DNA of 64,000 nucleotides, taken from contig MU054117.1 in assembly GCA_013239625.1 (NCBI GenBank), forward strand, positions 868,001-932,000. Reading direction: 5' to 3'. Positions 51,598-63,682 of the stretch are shown here, in pieces. The notes under the pieces are model-generated. The model was not told the origin of the DNA, ran no database searches, and was given only the letters and a program-made list of their open reading frames with translations. The translations under genes were made by a program, and so were the position numbers. This stretch comes from Lama guanicoe. Lineage: Eukaryota. How positions within the stretch are numbered: position 1 is the first letter of the stretch; each line of letters opens with the position of its first letter.

Positions 51598-51720
51598 TTT
51601 TCTTCATATCAGCGTCATTGGGGTACAATTCACACACCGTGAGATTCGCTCACTGTAAACACACGGCGCACGGAAGTCCAAACCGTGCGACCAACAGCAC
51701 CACCCAGTTTTAGAGCGCAA
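51598..51720 (-). mobile_element. L1MB/MC-type 3' end fragment
   Basis: cattggggtacaattcacacaccgtgagattcgctcactgtaaac...gtgcgacca...caccacccagttttagag resembles the L1MB terminus. Confidence 0.55.
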
Positions 51721-51767
51721 GCGTCACTCGGCGGAGCGATTTGAGAAACCACTGTCTCGCCACGTCT

Positions 51768-51797
51768 CTCTGCGCCCCTCTGCGCCCCTCTGCGCCC
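51768..51797 (+). repeat. Tandem 10-mer (CTCTGCGCCC)x3
   Basis: Three direct copies read from the sequence. Confidence 0.85.
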
Positions 51798-53254
51798 TCC
51801 GCGTCCCCCACCCCAGAGGACATCCCGGGACCCCGTGCTCTCCAGCCTGGAGGGGTGGGCCCTGCAAACCCCAGCCCGCCCAGCTCCCCCGGAGGCCCTG
51901 CTAATCCTCCTGGGCTCTGGGGCCCAAGATGACGGCAGACCCCTCTGTGCTCCGGCCCAGAGTCGACCCAAAGCTTCACTGGCTTCCAGAGAAGACGAGG
52001 ATTCTTTCTCCAAACTTTAGATTAAGTGTGAAGCTCCTTCGGGGAGGACAGGGTGGGACGGGAGGTGACACTCGGGAAAGGAGAGACACCAACAGAGGCG
52101 GCCCTCCCAGGGGCCACGTGGGACACTCCTTTTGTATTTCTCTTGACACAGCGAAGCTTTCCTGACTGTTAAGGGACACATTCACGCCTCCGAAGGCCAC
52201 GTGGACTCCGGTGGCCATGTCATCACTTGGCACAGGAGCCAGCTCCGGGCCTGACCCCACATGTGGCCCACGGGCGGCGGCCGCCACCTCACACCCCAAA
52301 CATCGTCCAAGATGGAGCTGCAGCTCGTGTGAGAACCCGGCCACGAAGCCCCAGTGGGCGTCAGACGGACCTGCTGGTGGAGCCAAGGCAAAAGGGCAGC
52401 GGCCGAAGAGCAGGATAATTAATGGCCCCGCGATATTGTGAGAAGCCAGGGAAGCAGCAGGCGGCTCGGCTCCGCCCGCCTCCTCCAGGAACCATCTCAT
52501 CGGACGGTCCGGTCTCGCTTGCTAGAGGAAGGTGCTGGCGGCAGGAGAGGCGCTCTGTGGGGCTCCCGTGAGAGCCGTGGTGTCCTGGCAGCGGACGGCG
52601 GGGGACAGGGCTTCCCTCAGCGCCGGCGGCCCCGCGCCCGGAGCGCCCGGCTGCGTTCCAGCGCTCCCTCCCCCATGCCCGACGGCGCGAAGGCCTCTGT
52701 GATGACTTCACGCTCAGCCCAAAGTAAACACTCTCCACACTTTTTCCATGGACACATTCTAACCCAAACTGCCAGCCCTGGCCTCCCAACCAACCAGATG
52801 GAAAGCCACCGTCCCCAAGAACATAAAACCTTTCTAACCAAACAGTACGTCTCGGCTGCGAGACACACTTTCCTATAAGCTTCCTAGAAATTTTTTATCG
52901 AGCACCGAGGCTACAGATAACCCGAGCGACCCCTCCCTGCAGAACAAAGGCCCCGGAAACAGACGCCACAGATGACCCAGAACACTCGCTGACCCCGCAA
53001 ACACCTGCCCTTGAGGGTGCCGCCCAGAACTCACACTCCTGGGCGCACACTCAGCTCACTGCCACCTGATCGCCATGCTCCTTCCGAACACAGGCCGAGA
53101 GACGACAGGCGCTGACCTGAACAAAGCGCAGCAGAGCTGACACCCGGGCAGATGTCCGCACGCGCCAGACGCGCTCTCGCTCGGGCCCGCGTGACCCGCG
53201 CTCGGCCTCCCCCGACTTGGATGCAAAGGCAGACGCTCGCGACGGCGCACTTAC

Positions 53255-53360
53255 CAGGTTGGAATTGGTGGCGTTGGAGTCGTCTTCTGGGAAGGGGATG
53301 TAGATGGCTAAGGCCACGCAATTGGCAAAAATCGTCAGCAAAATGATGATTTCAAATGGC
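53255..53360 (-). CDS. CACNA1C: CACNA1C coding exon 3, domain I S1 helix and S1-S2 loop
   Basis: Translates to (K)[35 protein letters not shown]. Acceptor CCGCAG|G at 53361, donor CTG|GTAAGT at 53254. Joins exon 2 in frame (AA+G = Lys). 106 nt. Confidence 0.98.
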
Positions 53361-53371
53361 CTGCGGAAGGG

Positions 53372-53380
53372 GTTAAGGAA
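53372..53380 (-). promoter_or_regulatory. U12 branch-point sequence TTCCTTAAC
   Basis: Plus strand gttaaggaa is an exact U12 branch consensus on the minus strand, followed by CCCTTCCGCAG. Confidence 0.92.
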
Positions 53381-53583
53381 GTTAACACGCCAGTGACACA
53401 CACACGCACAGATATATATTTTTAAAAACGAATCAAAGATTCATAGGAATTTTGTTTGAACAATACATTCCAAGCCCCTGTATTCTGAAAAGAAACATGT
53501 GCCTTTTTAAGTGCTCCTAGTGGGGCCCCGCCAAAGTTTTTCCTAATATGTCAAAGCAGTGGAGGCCAGTCGCGTGCCAGAGT

Positions 53584-53624
53584 AAACACAGATTTCTGAA
53601 ACTTTTCCCCGTCTTGTATTTATT
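53584..53624 (-). terminator. Candidate intronic cleavage/polyadenylation site in intron 2
   Basis: Minus strand reads AATAAA (53624-53619), 20 nt, CA (53598-53597), 6 nt, TGTGTTT. Confidence 0.3.
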
Positions 53625-56592
53625 TAGATTGCACTGGACTTCATTTTCCCTCACGTGGGCTCCAGGGTGGCTTTGAAAGAGCGGAGCCGTCTCCAGCCAG
53701 GGCTCGCCGACACCCGGGCTCCGGGGAGCTCGCGGTGGGAGAGGCGGGCCCCGCGGGGTGCAAGGCAGGGACTTGACCTTTAGACCTTGCACTGAAGTTT
53801 GGAGATGCTACTTTCAATCTTTTAACCTGAAGCTTAGACTGTTCTTCCCTCCCCCCTGACTCTCTGACCGCGTCCAGCGAGCCTGAAGGTGCTGGGGTCC
53901 CGACCCCAGGAGCACGGCAGGCTGTGCTCTCTCCCTGCAGACGCCTGGCCTCTACAGCCTGCGGGGGTCCGGCCCTCCCAGGGCCTCCTGACTTTCCCGA
54001 GGACGTGCCAGGCCTAAAGGGATTAGCCAGGTCCACCCCCCAGCACTCAGGGAGGTCCCCGTGCCCGGATTCCTGCATCAGAGATCAGGGCAGACACATT
54101 CTCAAGAGGAAAACGAGCAGCTGGGACAATACCCGTCCCGCCCTGCACCCTCACCCGAAGGCCAGCGCAGGGAGCTTCAGAGGCAGCGCCTGGTTCGTGG
54201 GTTTCAGCCCCCACCCCCACCTCCCCAACACGGCTGAGCCTCCAGCCTCGTCAGGGTCCTACAGGAGGGGGAAGAAAAGAGGGTGGACTTTCCTGGAAGA
54301 AGGGGCCCCTCCATCTCCCAGGGAACCTGCACTCACAAAGCTGATGAGTCTTGGAGCAGGAACAGACCCTAGACAGCGTCCAGTCCAAACCCCTGAGGCC
54401 CAGAGAGCCTGAGAAACTTTCCCAAGTGCCCACAGCAGGCGCTGAAGCCAGGACCGGAACCCAGACCCCCGCCCAGAGTCCGCTGTTCACTCCTCTGCCA
54501 CGGGGCACCTCGGACCTTTGTCGCCAGGGGAATATTTAGCCCAGGGCCTCCCGGCCAGCGTGCCCTGAGGGTAGAGCTGGGCGTCCACACACCCAGCAGG
54601 CCTCACAAACACTGGCACTTCCTGCATGTGCCCTGATGCCAAGAAGACGGCGTGCAGCGGGCCTGCCCAGCCCTCAGCTTGACGGACACAGAAAATCAAG
54701 CCACCTCTCCCAGGTCCCGAGCTGGCCAACGGCAGAGCCAGGCCTCTGACTCATCTTTTCCCATAGGCCCTGCTGCCCTTTGAGCAGGCCGAGGTCAGCG
54801 CCCCCAGACCTCAAACGTCACCCGTCTCTTCCAAGCGGGTGACGGCCCAGCCCAGGGTGTCTCCTGCGTGGTCAGTCCGCCCCCCTCGGTTCAGGGTGTC
54901 CTTATGTCAAAGTGCGGGGCTCCTGCTTGGAAGAGAAGGTGCGAACTGGGGGAGAACCCCGGATGCCCTGCAGGTGGTGCGTCTCCCTGGACCACCCGAC
55001 CCTCTTTAAGCTGCCTCCTTGCCTGTGACAGCGTCCCGGGAGCACTGAGGGGCTGGCACTACAGGCCACCTCCTAACCTCCCACCACCCTTCCCAGCAAT
55101 CTGGGAAGGCCACCACCCAGCCCCGCTGAGGCTAGTCCACTTCCTCTCCTGCCCACCGAGGGGCACAGGAGGTGGCTGAGCCCACCGTGGGCACCGGGGT
55201 AACGGCCTTGCTAACACGGCGGCTCCCCCGTCCAGGGCCAGAGTCCAGCCTCCCGTGGACGGCATGTCATGCTCCCCACTGCTCCCCAGCTGCGCTGGGT
55301 GTCACTGCTGCCCCCCTTCTTTCCAAGCCATGCGGTCACCTGGCCTTCACTCAGCGCCCAGGACTCCTCACCCGGGAGCCGCCCACCCCAGCAGGGGAAG
55401 AGAGGACGGGAGGTCTCGGGTGCTTGCTGAACACGGCTCCTGAGGTCTGGTTTCTGAGCGTGCACCTGGGGGCCCGGGCTCCACAGCTCCTGCTAAATCC
55501 CGGGGAGGTGACCAAGGTTACTCCCCACCACAGACGAGGAAACCGCATCTCTGTGGGTTCGGATGAGCTGTGACCCCTCAGGGCACAGGCGGCAGGGCCG
55601 CTGGGCTGGGTGTCCAGGCCCAGACCGGGTCCCAGTGTCCCATTCAGCATCCTCTGAACGTCCCCAGCACCTTTCCTCTGCACTCTCGGATCGCGGGAGG
55701 CAGGAGCGCAGATTCAGATTCGGGCTCCTGGACCTGAATCCTGCTCGGCCGGCCGCCAGCTGTGACCTGTGTGGTGCAGCTCCTCCAGGCCTCCTGCCCG
55801 TCTCGAGGCCTCTGGCCACAGGCCCCAGCTGCCCCCACGCACGGCTCTGCTGGGCAGCCACGGCAGCAGACCGACCAGGGCGCCCGCAGCAGGGGCTCTC
55901 ACCTGGCCGTCCGGGAAGCGGACACCTTGGCCCCAGGACAGACGGGCCAGCTCCACAGCCGCCTCCTCGCAAGTGACCTGGGGCCTGGGGGCTCTGGCAT
56001 TTACCAACATTTCTCACTGAACAGAAACTTTCTTCTCTCTGGAATCATCTTTTACCTTTCATCCGCTCCCAAGACTTTTAAATCTTTCCATGGAAACTCG
56101 TAAATGAAACCCAACACCCCATCCTGAGCCCTGGGAGACGTGCCAGCCCTGCCTGTGTGGACCGTGACTATGGAAACACTGGGCACTGAGTCCAGGGTTC
56201 TAGTCCTGCCTGCCACCAACCATGGGCCCTGTGGGTGTATGTCATCTGGGGAAAGTCGGGGGTGCACCTGCTGGTCTTTGAGGGGCATGATTGCCTGGTG
56301 GGAGCCCAGCCCTTCAAAGCCATTTTCTCTGCAGGCCCCACTCACTGGGTTCTGCCCAGACAAAGCGGGTCTGTGCTGAAACCCAGGCGGGGTCCTCCAC
56401 CCCAGCTGCAGAGTTCACACAGGCCTGGGCGGAGCGCTGGCACAACTTCCCAGGTGACGCCGGCATGCTCCCAGGCCCTGCCCCACGGGCCAGGCGCCGA
56501 GCAGCACCCTTACCTCCGTGGGGCTCCTTCACCCTGGACTGGGAGGTCACAGCCCAGGAGGAGGGGCAGGGCCTGGGTGTGGGCCACCGTTA

Positions 56593-57165
<573 letters not shown>

Positions 57166-57294
57166 TTATGGGGAGTAAACAGGAGCGTCTGCGATACGTG
57201 CTGGATCCCAGGCTCACAATTTTAAAAAAAATCTTATTTCCAACTACGGGAGGAGCCGGGGAGGCCACAGGGAAACATGAGTGTGTGATGCAGG

Positions 57295-57400
57295 GAGTGC
57301 ACTCTGGTCCCAGCTCAGCCGTGTGACCTTGGACACGTCACTCCCCACCCCTCAGTCTCACTGCGTCACGTCAGGGGGACAAGACCGGAGATGGATGCGT
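57295..57400 (+). mobile_element. MIR/MIR3 SINE fragment
   Basis: tctggtcccagctc...gtgtgaccttggacacgtcact...cctcagtctc. Confidence 0.55.
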
Positions 57401-57783
57401 TACGGCTCGTCTGGGCCTTGGAAACACAGGGAGAAGAAAAGGACGCAGAAAAAGATGAAGATGCAATGCAATACGTGTCAATTAAACACATATTTATAAG
57501 AAAACATACGAAGAGAGCAGAATGGCTGTCTGTGGAAGGAGGAGAGGACAATGAGACCAGGACACGGGGACAGACAGGAAGGAGGAATGAATGCGTGAGA
57601 GCCACTGCAGGAATCAGGGCTGACAGACGGTGAATCGAAGGGTATAATTCACTCGAATCTCTGCACCTGAGTTCCAAAAACAAAAGAAAAACAAGGTGAA
57701 GGGGTTGAGCCAAAGCAAGGTCACCACCAGGTGCTTCAAACCCATCTGGCAACGAGCGCTGGGTGGATGGGGGGGTTCGGAGC

Positions 57784-58185
57784 TGTGATGGTTTTAAATC
57801 ACGTCAGCAAATCATCTGACATCATCCCATTGAGAAACAGGATCTCTGCGCCCTCCTCCTGGAGTGGGGCTGGCCCTTGGTGACTGTTGTGAGCGAGAAC
57901 GCACAGCAGCAGTGACAGCAGGCATGATCTCCAAGGCTAGGGTGGAGAACGCCACCCCAGCCCCGAGGCCGCCATGCTGTGAGGAAGCCCAGCCAGCCTA
58001 TGCTGGGGGGTCCCAGGCAGCCCCCAGGGGCTCCAGTCACCAACTGACCACAACCCCATGACGGAACCCAAGCCAGAACCGCCCAGCAAGCCCATCCTGG
58101 ATTCCTGGCCTGCAGAAACCCGGAGACAGCTCGGCGTCTGCAGCAGTAAAGCCGCCTGTTTGGCTGACTCACTGCGTAGCGTTTG
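57784..58185 (+). mobile_element. ERVL-MaLR solo LTR (MLT1F/G/H-like)
   Basis: Starts tgtgatggtt; contains ggcccttggtgactg, ccaaggctaggg, gccatgctgtgaggaagcccagcc and cccaagccagaaccgcccagc...ggattcctggcctgcagaaac, typical MLT1 segments. Confidence 0.7.
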
Positions 58186-58799
58186 GATGTGGGAAGGGCG
58201 CTGTGTGCAGCAGGAGGTGACCAGGTGGGGGAGAGGGACACAGGCAGGAATGAAGCCTGGGTAGGAACCTGTGGAATCCTGCAGAAGCGTCTGCACATCT
58301 CAGGTCTGAAGGCAACTGACACCTTCAGGACTGTCCCTACGACACCGCGCACACCTGGTGGGCTGGCCTCTGTCTGGTCGGCTGGAGCCTCACCCCAGGG
58401 ATTCCAGATCCTACAGGGTTTACTAAGGGATGGGCTCAGCCGGGGCTCCAGGACAGACTGTGACCTTGGACTTGCTGGCTGGCCAGGTGCCACAAAATGC
58501 AGAGAACAGGGTAATAAGCCTGTGGGCAGAGAGCCCGGCACCTGGACGCCACGTCTGTCACCCAGGAGACAGCGGCCGGAGCCAGACCAGCGGGCAAACA
58601 TCACCTGCAAGCTGCTGGCCCAGACACACGGCCCCTTCCCCGCCCCACCGCAGCACACTGGGTCCGGGTGAGCACGCTGCCTCCCCGGCCACCTCTCCCC
58701 AGCTCTCATCTTGGGCTCATCCCTCTAGGTCTGAGCGTCAAGCTAACTTTTGCTCCCAGTGTGACTGGCTGTCTAGACCCTCTCACCCCCACTGCCACC

Positions 58800-59025
58800 C
58801 TGTCCCGCATGGGGGCCAGTTCAGAGCTCAGCACGTGACCCGGCTTAGCCACAGAGCCTGGAGCCACTCTGCCCTAGAGACAGACTGAAAACCACTGGGC
58901 ACCTGCATCCAGCCATACCTGATGCCAGCCTTACCCTGAGCTTTCCGGTTCTATTCCTCAAGAAACTGCAGCTGACCTAAACTGGGTTTCTGTCCCCGGA
59001 AGCCAGAAGAGTCTTGACCAATACG
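58800..59025 (+). mobile_element. Old MaLR LTR 3' portion (MLT1J/K/L-like)
   Basis: catccagccatacctgatgccagccttaccctgagctttc...ctgggtttctgtc...agaagagtcttgaccaatac matches the recalled MLT1J/K 3' end. Confidence 0.6.
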
Positions 59026-60826
59026 CTTGCTCAGTGCTACAAAGCTTGTACCTCCCTGGGCTGTCATTCCCACCAGATTCCAAAGTCTATGTCCTTCCGG
59101 TAATCACACCAGTGACAGACGGCAAGTGTCCAGCCTTGTGCCAACTGATGGGCATGACTGTCCAAAACGCTGTACCTAAGGGTTCTGGGACTTTCCTGAG
59201 CGCAGCAGGGAGGCGAACGGTGACGGATCAGTGATGTCTACCAGGGGCACAAGAGGCCGAGAACGGCATGACGGCTACACGTACCCCCCACGACACCACA
59301 TAAGCATCGCAGGTCCGCTCGGGTACCAGCTGGTCGGCTGCCCTCCTTGCCCTGACAGCTGCCTCCTGCGCCTTCACACCTGGCCCCGGTGGCATCAGAG
59401 CCCCGTCCCCACTCCTCAGTTCACCGTCTCCTCCGCCTGGCACGGACTCCGCGTCAGCATCACTCCCTCCTCGGGCCCCCCCCACCCCAGCTGTGAGGCA
59501 GTGCCGCCCCCCCGCCCCTGGGGGAAGGGGTTCAGCCAGGACGGCAGGACCCCGGAGGTGCCTGCGCTGTCTCGTCTCTCGCACACTTGCCGCTGTCCTC
59601 TCTGCGCTCACCGGGTGGGTCTGAAGCACAAATCGAGGAAGACCCGCTAGGCCAGGCCTGCACCTTTCCCACGAGACCCGGGAAGCAAAGGCTGGAGGAG
59701 AGAACCTGCCGTACCGAGGCACCTGCCCCCGGAGAGCAGCGCGCACATCTCCATTGCGTGGGAGAGCGGGGGACCGTGAAGGGAGAGGGCGGGGTGCCCA
59801 TGGCCACCCAGGGCTCCGTGTCCACACCTCCTGGGGCCTCGCACATGTGCCACCCGCACACGTGTGCACTCACATGTGGCCACAAGCGAAGCAGCTCCTC
59901 GGGGGTAACGGCCTGAGGTTGAAGGGGCTGCACTTCCGCCCCAAGAACACCCCTGATATCTGATGTGGTCTTCCCGGGACGGCACCCACCATGCCACCCA
60001 CCGCAGGACAGAGGAGGGCGGACGCATCTCTTTCCATCTGCCACCCCGGACTGCCTGGGTGCAGTGGGCTCGTGTCTCACTGGGCTCACCAGCGAGGGCT
60101 GCGACTCTGAACTTCCCGTTGGATCTTCAATGAATAACCTTCCTTCCTGACCCCCGTTTGGCATCGACGATGCTGACTGGCCTCCGCTGAGCTCCAGGAC
60201 CCACTGATCCTCTCCTCTCACGGACATAAAAGCAGCCATGTCTCCACCCCGTGGGACCCTCCAGACCTCGACCCTCTCCTGACGACGAGGCCCCAACACC
60301 TCCTGCCCTCCTGCACGCTGTGGTCTTCAAACTCTCACCTTCGCCGGCCCCCCGGATGTTGCCCTAATCCCCTCACAGCCCAGCCCCTCCCCAAACCAAG
60401 CAATGCCAGAGGTTTTGGGCAACGTCTGGGAAGAAGGCAGGAAGCAGTAGGCAAGCAGACACATCCTTCCCCCCGGAAAGGCCGGGATGGGAGCGTCCCG
60501 GGCGCCCCGAGGCATCAGGACCAGGGCTTCCAAGGGCAAGCGGTCGAGGGTCCACGGAGCAGAGAGGGGGTCTGAATGCCTTGTCTTGGGGGGCTGACTT
60601 CGGAGGACTCTGCGCTGGGGGTGACCTCATTTATACCATGAACTGTTCCCAGAGCCCCAGGACCTCTCAGGAGCGCACCATCTGGAGAAAGCACATACGA
60701 ACAAGCCCGTGGGGAGAAATGGAATGTCAGCCTATCCCAGCCAGAGGACAGGAAAACAGCCGGCAGTATTTCAGTCCCGGCACCCGAGCGCTGCTGCAGC
60801 CCCGTGACACCACGGAGGGCCTCGGG

Positions 60827-60953
60827 ACACACACACACACGTGCACGCACGCACGCACATGTACACACATGCATGCACATGCACACATGTGCATGCTCAC
60901 GTGCACACACACGTACACGTGCACGCGCATGTGCGCACACGTATGCGCACATG
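60827..60953 (+). repeat. About 127 bp degenerate (CA)n/(CATG)/(CACG) alternating purine-pyrimidine tract
   Basis: acacacacacacacgtgcacgcacgcacgcacatgtacacacatgcatgcacatg...cgtatgcgcacatg. Confidence 0.9.
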
Positions 60954-62014
60954 GGGGAGAAAGGCGTGGCCCTCAGCCGGCCTCACCCAGGCTGCACCTC
61001 GAGGCCCAGCTCAGCCTCCCTTCCTCAAGTCACTGTCCCCCACCCACTGGGATGACCCCCCACCCAGACCCGGGGCTCCGTCAGGCCCCCAGGCCCCCCA
61101 TGACAAGAGGGCACAGTAATCCAAGAATCCCAGGGCTGGAAAAGCTCCATCTCAGGCCCCACATTAGTGGATCCGGAGCAGAGCCGTGGAGGAAGGGAAG
61201 CAGCACTGCGTCCCTGATGGCTCTGTTAGCGCGAAATAACCACCCGATGCAAAGAGACCAATTTTCAAATTATAAAGCTGATTCAAAGCTCTGTCTCCTG
61301 GCTGCCAGCTGAAAAGATGCCACCGGTTAAGTCTGCGCTGGCTCCTGCCTCCCTAGACTCTCCGCACTGAGGCTCCAGTCTCTGGACCAGCCCCGGGGCA
61401 GCAGCTCAGTGGCCCGGCCACACACACACACTAGTGGGTGCTCCCGGCGGGGCTCCTCCTCGTGCAGGACAAAGTGACGGCCACCTGTCACACAGCCCAG
61501 CCCCCCCGAAGACAGAGCAGGTTCCCCTCCTGCACACACAGCTGCTGCTGCTGCTCCAAGGGCCCAGGACGAGGCCAGGCCCCCAGGCATGTCAGCTCTG
61601 CAAGGGTCCTGCTCCCGGGATCTCCACGAGGGAGAGGGTGATGCTGGGACCTGGAGCCGTTCAGCCAAGAACGGCTGAGTTTTTCCTTAGTCCACCTCCA
61701 TCGCCACACCTGGTCCAGGGCCACATCCCGAACCTACCCAGTATGTTTGCTACTGTAACATAATGTCGTGACAGCACATCGTGATATGGAGGACCTGGGA
61801 AACGGCGCTGGAATCCATCCACCCGTGCCTGAAAGGACATGCTTTTCCAGGCCCCCCTGCTTACTTCCTGGCCATGATGGTGGGGGAGCACTTCTGGGGA
61901 AGAGGCTGTGAGCAACGATTTCCACCTCCAAGGCCACCACCCCGGTCCAGGCCACCACCCCTCTGTCGCCTGCGATGCTGCAGGCGCCCCCGGCACCCGC
62001 CTCCCTTCTCTTGC

Positions 62015-62310
62015 CCAACCTCCAGCAGCAGCCAGAATGACCTTTTAGAAATACGAATCACGAATCAGGCCCTGTCACTGTCCCAGTTAAATCTCTTCGA
62101 AGTTCAGGCTCTGGCACAGCCCGTGAGCCCGCGTGGACCAGCCCTCCCACTTCTCTGAGCCTCCTCCCTCAGTCCGGTCCAATGCTCGCCTGTCGCCCTG
62201 GTCCCGTTTCGCTCAGACATGCTCAGTTTTCACCTGCCGCAGTGCCTTTGCGCGCACTCAGCAGGCCGTTCCCTCTGCTCTCTGCTGCGGATTCCTTCTC
62301 AGATCTCCTC
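62015..62310 (+). mobile_element. L2 fragment
   Basis: ctccagcagcagccagaatgaccttttagaaatacgaatc...gcctttgcgcgc...gttccctctgc. Confidence 0.6.
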
Positions 62311-63473
62311 CCGACCCCCACCTCCTGTCTAACCAGTCAGACTGGAAACCCTGGCAGCCAGCAGGCTCCCCACCCATCTCCCTGCCTCCGTGTTATCTCT
62401 GACTGGAGAAGCCCAACCCCTGGCACCGGAAGGCGTCCCAGTTAGCCATGTGTGCAGAAGAGGTGTGGGGCCGCAGGCCTGCTTCGCCAGCACGACCTCC
62501 CTCTTTGGCCTCTGCGCCTTCAGCCGTGCACAGAGGGGGTCACTCTCCAGGACCGGCCTCAGTACACACATCACCATCCCAGCTGGTGACAGGGCGGAGG
62601 AACAGCAGTTCACACGTGCAAAGGCGAGGGCCACACACGCACTTCCTCCTCGGGTCCCACGCATCCTTGCGCTCAGCGGTCCTGCGGCGCAAAGGAAGGG
62701 CTTTCTCTCCGGCCGACGGCCACCCAAGATCTTCTCAGAAGCGCTCGTCTTGCTGCAGGGACCAGGCGCCTACGTTCCCTTTAAGAGCGTAGCAGCCGAC
62801 CTGAAACAGAAACCGAGCTTTCTCTGCCCATTAAAGGCCAAATGAGTAGAAAGCAGGAGGCCATTAATCTTCTCTATCTGGTGCGTGAGGCAGATGGCGG
62901 GAACGCTCTGATGGGTTAGACGCTGTCTCAGTCTCAGGAGATAGCGAGGGCCTGCCACCACCAGCCCGGTGGGGCTCACCCTGGGGAGGTGGGGGTCCGG
63001 CTTAGCCCTGGGCAGACTGGTGGTGGACTGGCTCAGCAGCCACTGGCCGCCGCCTCCGTGCCCTGCTGTCCCCTGGGGGCTCGGAGCCGAACACCCCCGT
63101 CCAGCCTCCCTGTGTCCAGACTGGTGGGGCCGTGGGCTCGGCCAACTCAAGACCCGCTGACACTGAGTCAGGCGGGGGGGCATTGATTTCAACATTCTCC
63201 CTCTGTAGGGACAGACAGGCTCTGGCCGTGGCTTCCTGGTCCCTGGACCGTGGACATGGTGGTGTGGTCGCGAAGCCAGCTCCCGGCACAGCAAGTCCTG
63301 ACGCCTCAGCTGACACCTGAGTCCCAGCGCTCACAAAGGTCCGCTCCCCGGTGCGGTCTGAGGTCACGCCTGGAGGCCTTGCCCCCAGTTCTCATATTAA
63401 GTGTCCTTCCTCTTAAAACGGCCACAGCACTGTCTGCTGCAGGTCTGAACTCCAACTGACCCAGGCGGGCTGC

Positions 63474-63682
63474 CGCGCACCGGCCCGTGGAACTCCTGCC
63501 ACGGTGGGGGTAAGAAGAATTCTGGGGGTCCGATATGGTGGCCACCAGTCTGGAGCTTTTCAGCCCTTGAGGTGCAGCCAGTCCAACTGAGGAGCTGCAC
63601 TTTAAATCTCATTTAATTTCAGTTAGTTTACATGTAAGCAGCCTCACGTGGCCAGGACCCGCCACTGCGGACGGCCCAGGTC
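63474..63682 (+). mobile_element. MER3-like hAT-Charlie DNA transposon fossil
   Basis: gtccgatatggtggccaccag...actgaggagctgcactttaaatctcatttaatttcagttagtttacatgtaagcagcctcacgtggccag...ggacggcccag is colinear with the recalled MER3 consensus. Confidence 0.7.

Larger units (their letters stand above)
1..53254 (-). other. CACNA1C: CACNA1C intron 3, first 53 kb, continues beyond the window
   Basis: Starts with the U2 donor GTAAGT after exon 3. The exon 4 peptide (ERVEYLFLIIF...) appears in no ORF of the track. Intron 3 is known to be very long in mammals. Confidence 0.9.
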
